In this document: one piece after another, positions 12,701 through 18,485 of the stretch
Layout of the letters: every line of letters starts with the position of its first letter
How positions within the stretch are numbered: the first letter of the stretch is position 1
Assembly: GCA_903889905.1 (NCBI GenBank)
Contig: CAISZI010000042.1
Location: forward strand, 6,000-69,999
Direction of reading: 5' to 3'
Length of the DNA stretch: 64,000 nt
Source: Candidatus Wirthbacteria bacterium
GTDB lineage: Bacteria > Patescibacteriota > CG2-30-54-11
Translations under genes and position numbers: made by a program
Notes under the pieces: generated by a model
Databases searched by the model: none
Told to the model about the DNA's origin: nothing
What the model saw: only the letters and a program-made list of their open reading frames with translations

Positions 12701-13540
12701 TGCGGCCTCATCAAAGGCAGCCAGAATGGACGCGGCACGGCTTTCAACTACTTCATCCTGTTTATCTTTCGAGGGTCTAGTTTCTTTTTTGCCAGAATCC
12801 AAAACCGATTTCAAATTGGCTTCGAGCTTTATCAGCTCACTTTCGAGATTTTTAATATTATGTGCAGCAGGATGGTTCGTTTTAAGGTCCTTGATTTCAG
12901 CCTTAACGCCGACAATATCCTTACGCAGTTGCGTCGTCGTCGCCACTAATGCGTCATAGGCATTCCCCGATTCCCACGCGGCTTCAGCCAGGATTCGGCT
13001 CAGAAGTGTTTGCACTGCTTCGGTTAAATCAGTCCCGGAGGCATTTTCTTCTTCCAAAGCCTCAATTACGTCCACATCGGACTTGTCATCCAAATTGGTC
13101 GGCAAATTGGCAGCAGTGCGTTCACTGGCGTTGCCGCGGGGCGGATTATGCAAAGATCGTTGTTCAATGGCAATGTTTTTAACAAGTTCATTGAACAACG
13201 GAGAATAACTATTAATCCGATCGATCTCATTGCTGAAGGCATTAACAGCCACCAAACGCTTCTCAATCTGTGCGGCATTGGCATGGGCGGCAAACTTATC
13301 AGTAGAAGCCTGACGGGTTGCCACGATTTTTTGGGCATCTTTAGGTTGAAGCCGTTTGGCGGGATTGGCTTTTTCGGCTTCCAGTTGAGCCAGTTGCGCG
13401 CTATCCAAATCAGCCAAATGGGTTAATTCTGCGTCGGCGATAGCGTCAAAGGCGTCTTCGATTGGATCCACTGGTTTGACGTTTGAGTCATCAGAATTGT
13501 GAAACGCATCTTCGCTTAAAGTCATGGGTTTCCCCACCAT
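3722..13540 (-). CDS. Giant protein of 3272 aa with unknown function. It is acidic, predicted alpha-helical and coiled-coil rich, and has interspersed ~45-aa beta-rich repeat modules. No TM segment or signal peptide is present.
   Basis: A single uninterrupted 9.8 kb ORF, with only short antisense ORFs opposite it. It contains repeated modules: VKVTWVKAQQKYVIRVESKD...SIGLEEAVKLY (about 8340-8530), VEVLWDAAGQKYDVKVISNT...SIKLENAIKFY (about 7130-7290), EVTYDRVHKEFTVKVSYKEP (about 9150-9215), KFEINSITYDDKSDTFDFDLRL (about 8800-8890) and a C-terminal VKYDSEKREFDVFLRIEQ (about 3760-3900). I see no recognisable enzymatic motif. An alternative start at Met6 (13525) is preceded by GGTGGGG. Confidence 0.85.
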   Translation of the reverse strand: MVGKPMTLSEDAFHNSDDSNVKPVDPIEDAFDAIADAELTHLADLDSAQLAQLEAEKANPAKRLQPKDAQKIVATRQASTDKFAAHANAAQIEKRLVAVNAFSNEIDRINSYSPLFNELVKNIAIEQRSLHNPPRGNASERTAANLPTNLDDKSDVDVIEALEEENASGTDLTEAVQTLLSRILAEAAWESGNAYDALVATTTQLRKDIVGVKAEIKDLKTNHPAAHNIKNLESELIKLEANLKSVLDSGKKETRPSKDKQDEVVESRAASILAAFDEAATYESKLEGLRDKIKSFLDKHPLNKFNDAFAKLDASSVDPLKTIDVIDKLRDAVDIIKDKQSGIPELDNLVYAHFKQFIDTVLSEENIKALFESVDESKNTSIHTYLELGIYLGKIESLVSPGTHHHGSSAIGDAIRRAKSYLRIKTEHHVNLGFDREIVTTAGGNKIAAEGRMVEAMRDAQSKVAHNAMESEVASQLNAVFHPKVRTELIDKLDASPNKGIAEMLAFLTVARKNNLNEGPLIGTVLYDSEFVNELDRQLSLSTDKSKARIEICVEEALKSTLESNRQKFHQDQDLSMLIAADAGKAAYEKFKAGIAAHQNEQENAANGLMENIGGVTYDKKKATSKASTLFALSARLGLPLSLENINQVLADAGSLPANKMERLPFVQHVQSPTFEFFILSQPDAGSPPNAALDKRWVIAIKGTPDLTKPELIGFHIVEARTIKELKHNQSSRAAAIAELRKLDTEYFTRVQIRHEPGIQTENVNLYQLQMQLDVLRSECKKVNTVQGLGRKLRHEALGMGVTVEGINAELAKMTDDKAPTEAVAKQAFSDRKKKLTAARDALTLLANPMTETPVPEVRDAIEAVREAMRLDAEAKAPVIASLDYLVSTFGGDHDFDAAKAEVARIKANKKLSVAELQAELSKVRLSYYDGRLWRRKLQDLKQAVLEDSRFTPEIRLAAGINMSDIDEVASKESLLTAYRKLDKAKTDALTLVSESALSLSGAAYNKFKADKKLAIEADPNQLNDLKQAIVDKEMVDIQARGGTDPHVDVQIETKTFGTAPIVKKYFFKVTSSYKLTIPVPLKAEIIKAPIVKDVISTPRVYDLESALDIYGRYLKVGTEGVAREAAVNFQVEAVLAGSAHSLGRRGFEVAGTDDASAYIERVKIAQGLNISLDALHLPLVPSTDVGVLKTQHEALQSAILKQSYSRDRQMAGGLSIDVKALPEQSDDFLNFTAFNAAERKLAEDVDKKLVQRYRDNITKAQALGVDLRDLAGTFTKYEEFWAVEEQINARMAAAKHLDEVKKRALEEWDVDPVSVQGAFYQINRQSEKAFLQVADAIESMIEVQKQNLIAQADKEIVRAKWWGVDQARLDNADRLIHDPKVQREDFNLVTQILDEAKSSLNLLKSDRLQLTNLDQIALIDARPELAEDLIKDLIEDRYTDNGKEDISIGEVTYDRVHKEFTVKVSYKEPNTTNASESPKGGARVTDEVVTIANDRDLAFGRKFATTQPRSFGEIPKDLKKLTLQDVIRLSNDHLEVIIKFYEESGREKIDLSTCKFEINSITYDDKSDTFDFDLRLELQAVKMPNLELTISGNDLLAAFKEIALLKLPAATGIGADVRMAAEAEVDRLRSGLQLFAEDRQPSRPANIPTKSVEEIRQEPASLEAGIQADVTDYVESSQRHDIKVKVTWVKAQQKYVIRVESKDLRDNAHIDVDSIGLEEAVKLYRFEDVEVNAVQKKAALQQEIASKLAEANVLGLDAALIADITKFVNEQMATAKLSEIQAALDKLDKGWIPKRLEAVFGLARTKHKTEIADKITTWNADPANTGDLTKARAFLTQISAELSKSLTDYSVEAQKQTETIEPLLVSAHKLHYKDLEDQLIKLKSDIFQEEPIEPIKEAIEKVKKNLQVRIEILVISKDIFRKLTIVPDSEKSDYDIINDTIQLHIEDPDNLVDYDGMVAFAKWARETVVTEDSRQVRHVKATIDTLVAEGTRIKIEADVTRVRDSVAASTDVVENWRVVNLLEGMIATEKRRGAIALFTGERKQGTMLAVHAAEEINADPELLKPTIERELNLYVLSLQRQDVRVEVLWDAAGQKYDVKVISNTTKDGANVEHTDIESIKLENAIKFYLDETVENEMTSVKAQRRQVLLDHIIEAKNYQSIDLIRAIGFVDTKKDSATLKEIETEIEVIDRAVNPLKIAKLIRDAEAHGYLVIANQLKARLGNAAEMEDYKATQVFLEKRAHDIKYFENLPEYLRNMAVLATLKQEARGRNFVDITAQLELLSTNPVRMADIDATKGAIENFRTELKIRVDLDDLNAEVTQKERLRPTYGSIHAKVTARLGDTAALADHAATRTFIRQMRTEIDAEDAAQVADAKQAIERLVNEANVLGIPEIRLEADSLASTGTVTELWQAVPQFEAVITAEKARRKEVSQDRFRLLVQVAEGLAEPIDTTDFRAEFNRATTLVEIDNLINGLNEQISARGESGSEIVDFRLPEDPSDQEFLLLERTILARARIIGTPLLEAVNAELSVHLNNPSQRKRRLRKLWKKVNPGWNDSEDRIAQANKDLHARVDKLRNEIKAAANRIRFTAEPVAQIDYEFDADNPRDVARVSLELQQRKVSGIYRIPMLQLSSLDLSQATEEDLIKETGRLEILLHDLEQISGADSFRPETEDVNIRFEMFGSQGLAGELGLPEATMAESLRQLLGGSVESVCKVTEGGNSYFVVMGHADNQIVRRLAIAPTGNTIGRLPLASVERITNEQIVNATANRESLVAIVTPKLQQIIEFEQSLGIAPSYNLDDMTLYQLGQLVDNLSRPGARVSAEVRKDPVDIMEKALDSMSSESLRQAAQEAGLEAESEIENQLKVIRIIETAALANAKQSKLEKVEDAIKEKERRKATGDDRSDSLLENINNDKTLFLRFSDDEIIQKREATKKILKIINESGRAGKVEVERTQPTAKDNLRMTMARNIKWLISTPDESLTADANQLIDKEEATDAECEELAVSIETAATTYFEQQKNDLLDVLAASLVNEYITVEQADQIRTFVAGDKEALMPGTIRTAQRRIENFSKDNSETVDRAIAGLAGPMRGVNTILDNHANLRAEHGEEIDRFEADYKRLSLATRLHDLNDIIEFRSHILTFQDTLLTYINQDDEYSADRTGPRRPHEDQADRNTGDFTAQQELLHKEPSMAFEMFKERYSDKVALTLARYPENVTHVTEVKYDSEKREFDVFLRIEQTGNQTVTILQEPKVRLAEAVTLMRRWSQATSTPGQKF

Positions 13541-13625
13541 ATAAGGAATTATTCAGATAATTATACCTTATGTAGCATGTTTTGGCGAGGCGGGACAAGG
13601 GTGAAGTAAGGAAGTGTCGGCTGCT

Positions 13626-13654
13626 TTGACCTAAGCGGTAATCCTTGTTATAAT
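13626..13654 (+). promoter_or_regulatory. Sigma70-like promoter (TTGACC-17 nt-TATAAT) for the small gene at 13691.
   Basis: TTGACC at 13626-13631 and TATAAT at 13649-13654 are separated by exactly 17 nt. The -10 lies about 36 nt upstream of the ATG. The same region is divergent to the giant-gene start. Confidence 0.4.
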
Positions 13655-13690
13655 TATTTACCAATAAACTTTTATAACTGCACAAATAGC

Positions 13691-13981
13691 ATGTCTGACA
13701 ACCAACAACCCGAAGAACACGTCCTGTTCTACCGCAGCGAAAAACTCGAACCGCGCGAGCTGGGTTATGAGCAGATTAAATTCGTGTTTATGAAACTGTC
13801 GGAATGGCTCCTTAGCCGCCGCCAGGAAACGCTGGAACAGCTGATGGAAATGCTCGAACGCCTGCAGCAGCTCTATCCACGTGCCTACGAATGGATGATG
13901 CAGATCATAGCCCAGCAGTTACCTCAGTTCCTGGGGACGCAACCGCCACCCATGGCGCAAACAGTACCGATTCCGACTTAA
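13691..13981 (+). CDS. Small hypothetical protein of 96 aa, predicted helical with a Gln/Pro-rich C-terminus.
   Basis: An ORF with a near-consensus promoter and a strong intrinsic terminator immediately downstream. It has no obvious Shine-Dalgarno and I recognise no domain. Confidence 0.5.
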   Translation: MSDNQQPEEHVLFYRSEKLEPRELGYEQIKFVFMKLSEWLLSRRQETLEQLMEMLERLQQLYPRAYEWMMQIIAQQLPQFLGTQPPPMAQTVPIPT

Positions 13982-13982
13982 C

Positions 13983-14011
13983 AAAATCCCGCCATAGTGG
14001 CGGGATTTTTT
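13983..14011 (+). terminator. Rho-independent terminator.
   Basis: aaaatcccgcc-atagt-ggcgggatttttt forms a perfect 8-bp GC-rich stem with a 5-nt loop and a T-run. It sits directly after the stop of the 96-aa ORF. Confidence 0.65.
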
Positions 14012-14038
14012 GTTGCTTGGCCTCTTTTCCTGCAGTTC

Positions 14039-14177
14039 GTCATTGCGAGGGAGTCAGCGACCGCGGTAAGTTCATGGCTTGCAATGAACTTATCCAGCAC
14101 AGCTGGGCAATCTAGTTTCCAATTCTTACGGAGAAATCCACTAGATTGCCGCGCCCCGCGACGAGGCTCGCAATGAC
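14039..14177. repeat. Structured ~140-nt repeat element, copy 1. It has outer, middle and inner inverted repeats and could be a MITE-, REP- or ncRNA-like element.
   Basis: An outer stem (gtcattgcgagg ... ctcgcaatgac) encloses hairpin 1 (aagttcat/atgaactt, 14068-14091), a conserved block ccagcaCagctgggcaatctagt, and an inner 11-bp stem (ggcaatctagt 14106-14116 / actagattgcc 14140-14150). It shares this architecture and its conserved blocks with copy 2 at 18300-18440. Confidence 0.6.
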
Positions 14178-14331
14178 GGATTAGCATCGTTTGAACTAAT
14201 AAGGCCTACTTTGTTTCTCTGTGCTTTGTCGTATAATGCACCCGTAACCTGATCATTGTTAATACCGCGCACTTCGGCTATAATTAAATGATGCCATTTC
14301 CATCTTTTGGAGCAACGAAACCAACTCCCCC

Positions 14332-15381
14332 ATGAACGATACCCCTACTAACCAAAACCCAAACCTAAATAACACGACTTTCAGCCTGCTGCTGAAGTCT
14401 TTTGGGTTTAATGCGACCCAGGTGCAGTCGTCGCTAAGGGATGTCAATGAAATTCTCGAAAAGGAAATCCTGGGTGAGATTGCCGGCAAACTGACTGAAA
14501 GGCAGTTACACATCCTCAATACACTCAAGACACAACAGTCGGTCAGCCAGTTCATGAAGGAACAACTGCCGGATTTTGATGCGTTGCTGCGTGGCAAAGT
14601 TGAAAACCTGCTCAAAGATACGAACGCACAGCTCGACTCACTCAAAAATGTTGCCACAGCGCCATCTGTAACCCAACCCTCGGCTCCCCCTCTACCCCAG
14701 CCAGTACCAGTGCAAACAGCACCTGCCGTTGTCATACCAGCCGTTCCTGCCCCAATACCACAGCCACTACAGAGCTTTGCTTTGCCACTACCGGCAGCGC
14801 CTGTATTTCCACAACCAGCGCAAGCGTTGGTGCCAGTTACCGACAAACCCAATGCCGCAATGGATGATTTCAAAAAGAAAATGGAAGAGCTGCTCAAACC
14901 GCCCACAGGGCCCAAGGAAGTTGCCAAACCCCCAAGCACTGGCAAAGCGGGTGCTGATGGCAAATCCAAACTGCCTCCCCTGCCGCCACTACCGCCGTTG
15001 CCACCACTTAAGGGCGGCAAACCCGGTGGTTTTCCGGGCATGCCGGGCGCTGGTGGCCCAGCCAAAAAAACACCCGAAGAACTCAAAGCCGAAGAAGAAA
15101 AACGCCAAAAAGAACGTGCCGAAGCGGAACAAAAGATTGCCGAACAGCACAAGCTGGACGAAGCGGAAGTTGCCAAACTGATCGCTGAAATTATGGCCAT
15201 TGACGAAAGTGCCGGTAAAGCTGCTGAGGACGGGCCCCATGAAAAGAATTTTCTCAATAAGAAATACGAAAACAAATTACTGCATCAGCTCGAGCGCGCC
15301 GCGGGTAAGTCACAATGGCAACAAGGCGCGGAAATTTTTCATTTGCTCAAAAATCTGCGTCGCAAAGCCAACCAGCCTTAA
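14332..15381 (+). CDS. Proline/Ala/Lys-rich low-complexity protein of 349 aa, hypothetical.
   Basis: An ORF with PLPPLPPLPPLK and PxP-repeat tracts, a charged helical C-terminus (EELKAEEEKRQKERAEAEQK) and no TM. The 338-aa minus-strand ORF opposite it is an antisense shadow. It is co-directional with, and overlaps the start of, the ATPase gene, which suggests an operon. Confidence 0.6.
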   Translation: MNDTPTNQNPNLNNTTFSLLLKSFGFNATQVQSSLRDVNEILEKEILGEIAGKLTERQLHILNTLKTQQSVSQFMKEQLPDFDALLRGKVENLLKDTNAQLDSLKNVATAPSVTQPSAPPLPQPVPVQTAPAVVIPAVPAPIPQPLQSFALPLPAAPVFPQPAQALVPVTDKPNAAMDDFKKKMEELLKPPTGPKEVAKPPSTGKAGADGKSKLPPLPPLPPLPPLKGGKPGGFPGMPGAGGPAKKTPEELKAEEEKRQKERAEAEQKIAEQHKLDEAEVAKLIAEIMAIDESAGKAAEDGPHEKNFLNKKYENKLLHQLERAAGKSQWQQGAEIFHLLKNLRRKANQP

Positions 15382-18056
15382 CTTTTAGTCCAAGCCAACC
15401 CATGCCCCCTTCTCCCCAGGATTCCGGCAACGAAGCCTATTTCGGATTCAAAAGCAGCACCGCTCTGGTCGTTGGCATACTGGTGATTGTGGGCGCGCTG
15501 ATCGTCTCTGTGGTGAGTACGGCGTCACTCCGGAATCAACTGGACGCGACGAGTTTTGACGTTGGTTCGCTCTCCCTCACGGTTGGGATTGGCGTCGGCA
15601 TCGCACTGGGAGCACTGCTGCTGCTTTATATCATCGCCATGCTGATGCTGACTCGTATCCGTCACCACTATCGCCGCGAGCGGTCCCTAAACAGTGTGCT
15701 GATCTCGGTCAAGGTGCCTAAATTCACCGAAATCCTGGCCGACGCCTCGGAAGCTATTTTTAATAGCCTTTATAGTGTTTACGAAGCTTCCACGCTCACC
15801 AAACGCATCAACAAATACTTTGCCGGACAGGAATCGTTTAGCTTTGAAATTGTCTCCCAGAAACAAAGCATCGACTTCTATATGTATGTGCACAAAGATT
15901 TGGCAGAATTGCTCTCGCGCCAGATTTACTCCCAATACCCGGACGCGGACGTGGCAATTGTCGAAGATTACAGCGTTTTTTTTCCGGACTGCCGCATCAA
16001 GTTCACCGAACTGCGCCAGACCGCTGAGCCTGCCCACCCGATCAAAAGTTACCGTGATTTGGCCAAGGAAGCCGGCACGCAGCAACTCAAGGACATTACC
16101 GTGGATTCGATGAGTGCGCTCACCAACGCCATTGGCAAACTCGAGGAAGACGAAGCCGCGGTGGTGCAGTTTGTCATCCGGCCCACCGGCAAACAGTGGC
16201 AACAGGAAGGCGAACAGCTGATCAAGAAAATTTACGACAAAACCAAAGGCAAAGATAACCAGCCAGGTGAACAGCTCACCAGTGGCGACCAGGAAAAAAT
16301 CCGTGCCCTCGAGAGCGCCATTTCCAAACCTGGCTTTGAAACAGTGCTGCGCATAGTCACGGTATCGGACACAGAAAACAAAGCCGACATGAATCTCAAA
16401 AATATCCTGGCTGCGTTTGAACACTTTGCCATCGTTGGCCACAACCGCCTGCATCGCAAAAAACGTATCAGCAAGACCTTTTTCTTCCGCAGTTTCCTCT
16501 TCCGTTACATGCCGCTGATCAACTACAAACCGGCCAAATGGCTGTTTGGGCTGAATCCCTTCATTGGCCGCGTCTTTGGGCAGACAATGACTTTTAATAC
16601 CGAAGAACTGGCCTCGCTCTACCACTTCCCCAATAAAAACATCAACACCCCGCAGATCAACTGGCTCAAAGCCAAACGCGCCCCGGCGCCGCAGGAAGTC
16701 CCGACCACGCTGATGAAAAAGGGCCAGGTGGCCGAGGCAAAAGGCGACGTGATCATGCAGGACCGCAATGTCATGGGTTTCAACATGTATCGCGGCGTGA
16801 AGAAAGATGTCTGCATCAAACGTGAAGACCGCCGCCGCCACGTCTACTCCATTGGCCGCACGGGTATGGGTAAATCCGTCTTTATGGAAAACCAGATTTA
16901 TCAGGACATCGTCAACGGCGAAGGCGTTTGCGTCATCGACCCGCACGGCGACCTGGCGCGCAAGTGTCTGGAATTTGTGCCCAAATCGCGCATCAACGAC
17001 GTCATTTACTTTGACCCGTCCGATGTGGAGCGGCCTATGGGTCTCAATATGCTGGAAGCCCACACGCCCGAGGAAAAAGACTTTGCCGTGGCCGAGATGG
17101 TCGCCATCCTGTACAAACTCTTTGCCGAATTTATTGGGCCGCGGTTTGAACACATTGTACGCAACTCGATGCTGGCGATCATGGAACATCCCGATGGTGG
17201 CACGCTGGTCGAAATGATGCGCATCCTCACCGACGACGCCTACAAGGACGAGTGTCTGAAATACGTCACCAATCCGCTGGTCAAGGCGTTCTGGCAAGAA
17301 GAAATGGCGCAACAAGTTCAGTTCCACAAATCCGAGATGCTGGGGCCAGTGCTGTCCAAATTTGGCCGTTTTGTTTCCAATGACATGATGCGCAACATTA
17401 TTGGCCAGACCAAAAGTGCATTCAACTTCCGTGAAATCATGGACAAACAAAAAATATTGCTGATCAACCTCGCCAAAGGTAAAGTCGGTGACATCAACTG
17501 CAACCTGCTGGGCATGATTGTGGTTTCCAAACTGCTGATCGCGAGCCTTAGCCGCACCGACATTGCCGAGGAAGACCGCAAGGATTTTTACCTCTACGTC
17601 GACGAATTCCAGAACTTTGCCACGGACAGCTTTGCCACGATCCTGTCGGAAGCCCGTAAATACCGCCTCAGTCTCAATGTTACCCACCAGTACGTGGGCC
17701 AGCTCAAGGAAGAAATCCAGAAAGCCGTATTTGGTAACGTCGGTACCTTCATCAGCTTCCGCATCGGTGCGCCGGACGCGGAACTCGTGGCCAAGGAATT
17801 CAAACCGATTTTTGATGAAACCGACATGGTCAATGTCGAGAAATATACCTGCTACATCAAACTGCTGGTGGACGGTGTTACGACCAAAGGTTTCAGCATG
17901 CACACTTTCCCGCCGGTCAAGATCAAGCACCAGAACTACGCCGACAAAATCCACGAAATCTGCCGCCTCAAATACGGCCTCCCGCGTTCACTGGTGGACA
18001 AAGAAATCCGCCGCCGTGGACAATTGGACAAGGTATTGCAAGCGGCGGGACAGTAG
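15315..18056 (+). CDS. Membrane-anchored P-loop ATPase of the FtsK/HerA/VirD4 (TraD/TraG type IV coupling protein-like) superfamily.
   Basis: 913 aa. Two N-terminal hydrophobic helices (ALVVGILVIVGALIVSVV and IGVGIALGALLLLYIIAMLML) precede a soluble middle domain. The C-terminal NTPase has Walker A GRTGMGKS, a VIDPHGD motif and a Walker B-like YLYVDEFQNF, and ends with SLNVTHQYVGQL. The true start may be the Met at 15402 (MPPSPQ), which would remove the 67-nt overlap with the upstream gene. The 755-aa ORF on the opposite strand is a shadow. Confidence 0.8.
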   Translation: MATRRGNFSFAQKSASQSQPALTFSPSQPMPPSPQDSGNEAYFGFKSSTALVVGILVIVGALIVSVVSTASLRNQLDATSFDVGSLSLTVGIGVGIALGALLLLYIIAMLMLTRIRHHYRRERSLNSVLISVKVPKFTEILADASEAIFNSLYSVYEASTLTKRINKYFAGQESFSFEIVSQKQSIDFYMYVHKDLAELLSRQIYSQYPDADVAIVEDYSVFFPDCRIKFTELRQTAEPAHPIKSYRDLAKEAGTQQLKDITVDSMSALTNAIGKLEEDEAAVVQFVIRPTGKQWQQEGEQLIKKIYDKTKGKDNQPGEQLTSGDQEKIRALESAISKPGFETVLRIVTVSDTENKADMNLKNILAAFEHFAIVGHNRLHRKKRISKTFFFRSFLFRYMPLINYKPAKWLFGLNPFIGRVFGQTMTFNTEELASLYHFPNKNINTPQINWLKAKRAPAPQEVPTTLMKKGQVAEAKGDVIMQDRNVMGFNMYRGVKKDVCIKREDRRRHVYSIGRTGMGKSVFMENQIYQDIVNGEGVCVIDPHGDLARKCLEFVPKSRINDVIYFDPSDVERPMGLNMLEAHTPEEKDFAVAEMVAILYKLFAEFIGPRFEHIVRNSMLAIMEHPDGGTLVEMMRILTDDAYKDECLKYVTNPLVKAFWQEEMAQQVQFHKSEMLGPVLSKFGRFVSNDMMRNIIGQTKSAFNFREIMDKQKILLINLAKGKVGDINCNLLGMIVVSKLLIASLSRTDIAEEDRKDFYLYVDEFQNFATDSFATILSEARKYRLSLNVTHQYVGQLKEEIQKAVFGNVGTFISFRIGAPDAELVAKEFKPIFDETDMVNVEKYTCYIKLLVDGVTTKGFSMHTFPPVKIKHQNYADKIHEICRLKYGLPRSLVDKEIRRRGQLDKVLQAAGQ

Positions 18057-18146
18057 ACGAAAAATAATAAGCACTAAATTCTAACATTCAAACGAAGACT
18101 TCATCTGTCATGCTGAACGGAGTGAAGCATCCTTACTGCAGGTGAG

Positions 18147-18265
18147 GTCATTGCGTGGCTCTCCACAACGGTCCGTTTCATAAGTAGCACGGATTCCTGC
18201 TTGCTAGCAGGCAAGCTTCCTCCTTTGCCTGGCTTCGGAGGACAAGTCGCTGCACGCAGAATGAC
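18147..18265. repeat. Degenerate third copy of the structured repeat, lying in tandem just upstream of copy 2.
   Basis: It starts gtcattgcgtgg and ends ggacaag...cgcagaatgac, so it keeps the conserved termini. It contains two internal hairpins (gcttgc-tagcag-gcaagc and tcctcc...ggagga) in place of the canonical ones. Confidence 0.35.
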
Positions 18266-18299
18266 TACATTTGCCCTTTGCAAGGGGATAGAAAGTGCT

Positions 18300-18440
18300 G
18301 TCATTGCGAGGAGCCTCGACGTGGTTAGTTAATAGCTTGATATAAACTAATCCAGCAAAGCTGGGCAATCAAGTTGCTTGAATGTCTGCGACAGCAAACG
18401 CCACTAGATTGCCATGCCTTGGGACAAGGCTCGCAATGAC
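18300..18440. repeat. Structured ~140-nt repeat element, copy 2, in direct orientation relative to copy 1.
   Basis: gtcattgcgagg ... ccagcaAagctgggcaatcAagt ... ccactagattgcc ... aaggctcgcaatgac. Hairpin 1 has a different sequence but still pairs (ttagtt/aactaa, 18325-18350), and the inner loop forms its own hairpin. These are compensatory changes relative to copy 1. Confidence 0.6.
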
Positions 18441-18485
18441 TTTATTCCTACTCCTTGTAAGGGGGCGCTGGGTGTTCTCTTCTCC

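Noticed and set aside
14039-14177. The repeat element as a tRNA, tmRNA, known self-cleaving ribozyme or CRISPR repeat.
   Set aside because: It has no cloverleaf or anticodon arrangement. It has no CUGAnGA/GAAA hammerhead core or twister-type conserved loops. Only 2-3 copies are present with irregular spacing and there is no spacer array. I kept it as an unclassified structured repeat.
14259-15275. A 338-aa ORF on the minus strand.
   Set aside because: It is antisense to the Pro-rich gene, has a low-complexity Ser/Ala/Gly translation, and carries no motifs. It is a shadow ORF arising from GC-rich codons on the opposite strand.
15687-17954. A 755-aa ORF on the minus strand.
   Set aside because: It is entirely antisense to the T4CP-like ATPase gene and has no recognisable domain. 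Long antisense ORFs are expected in GC-rich coding sequence.
18101-18304. A 67-aa minus-strand ORF and other ORFs under 100 aa in the 18.06-18.48 kb gap.
   Set aside because: They overlap the structured repeat copies and show no coding features.
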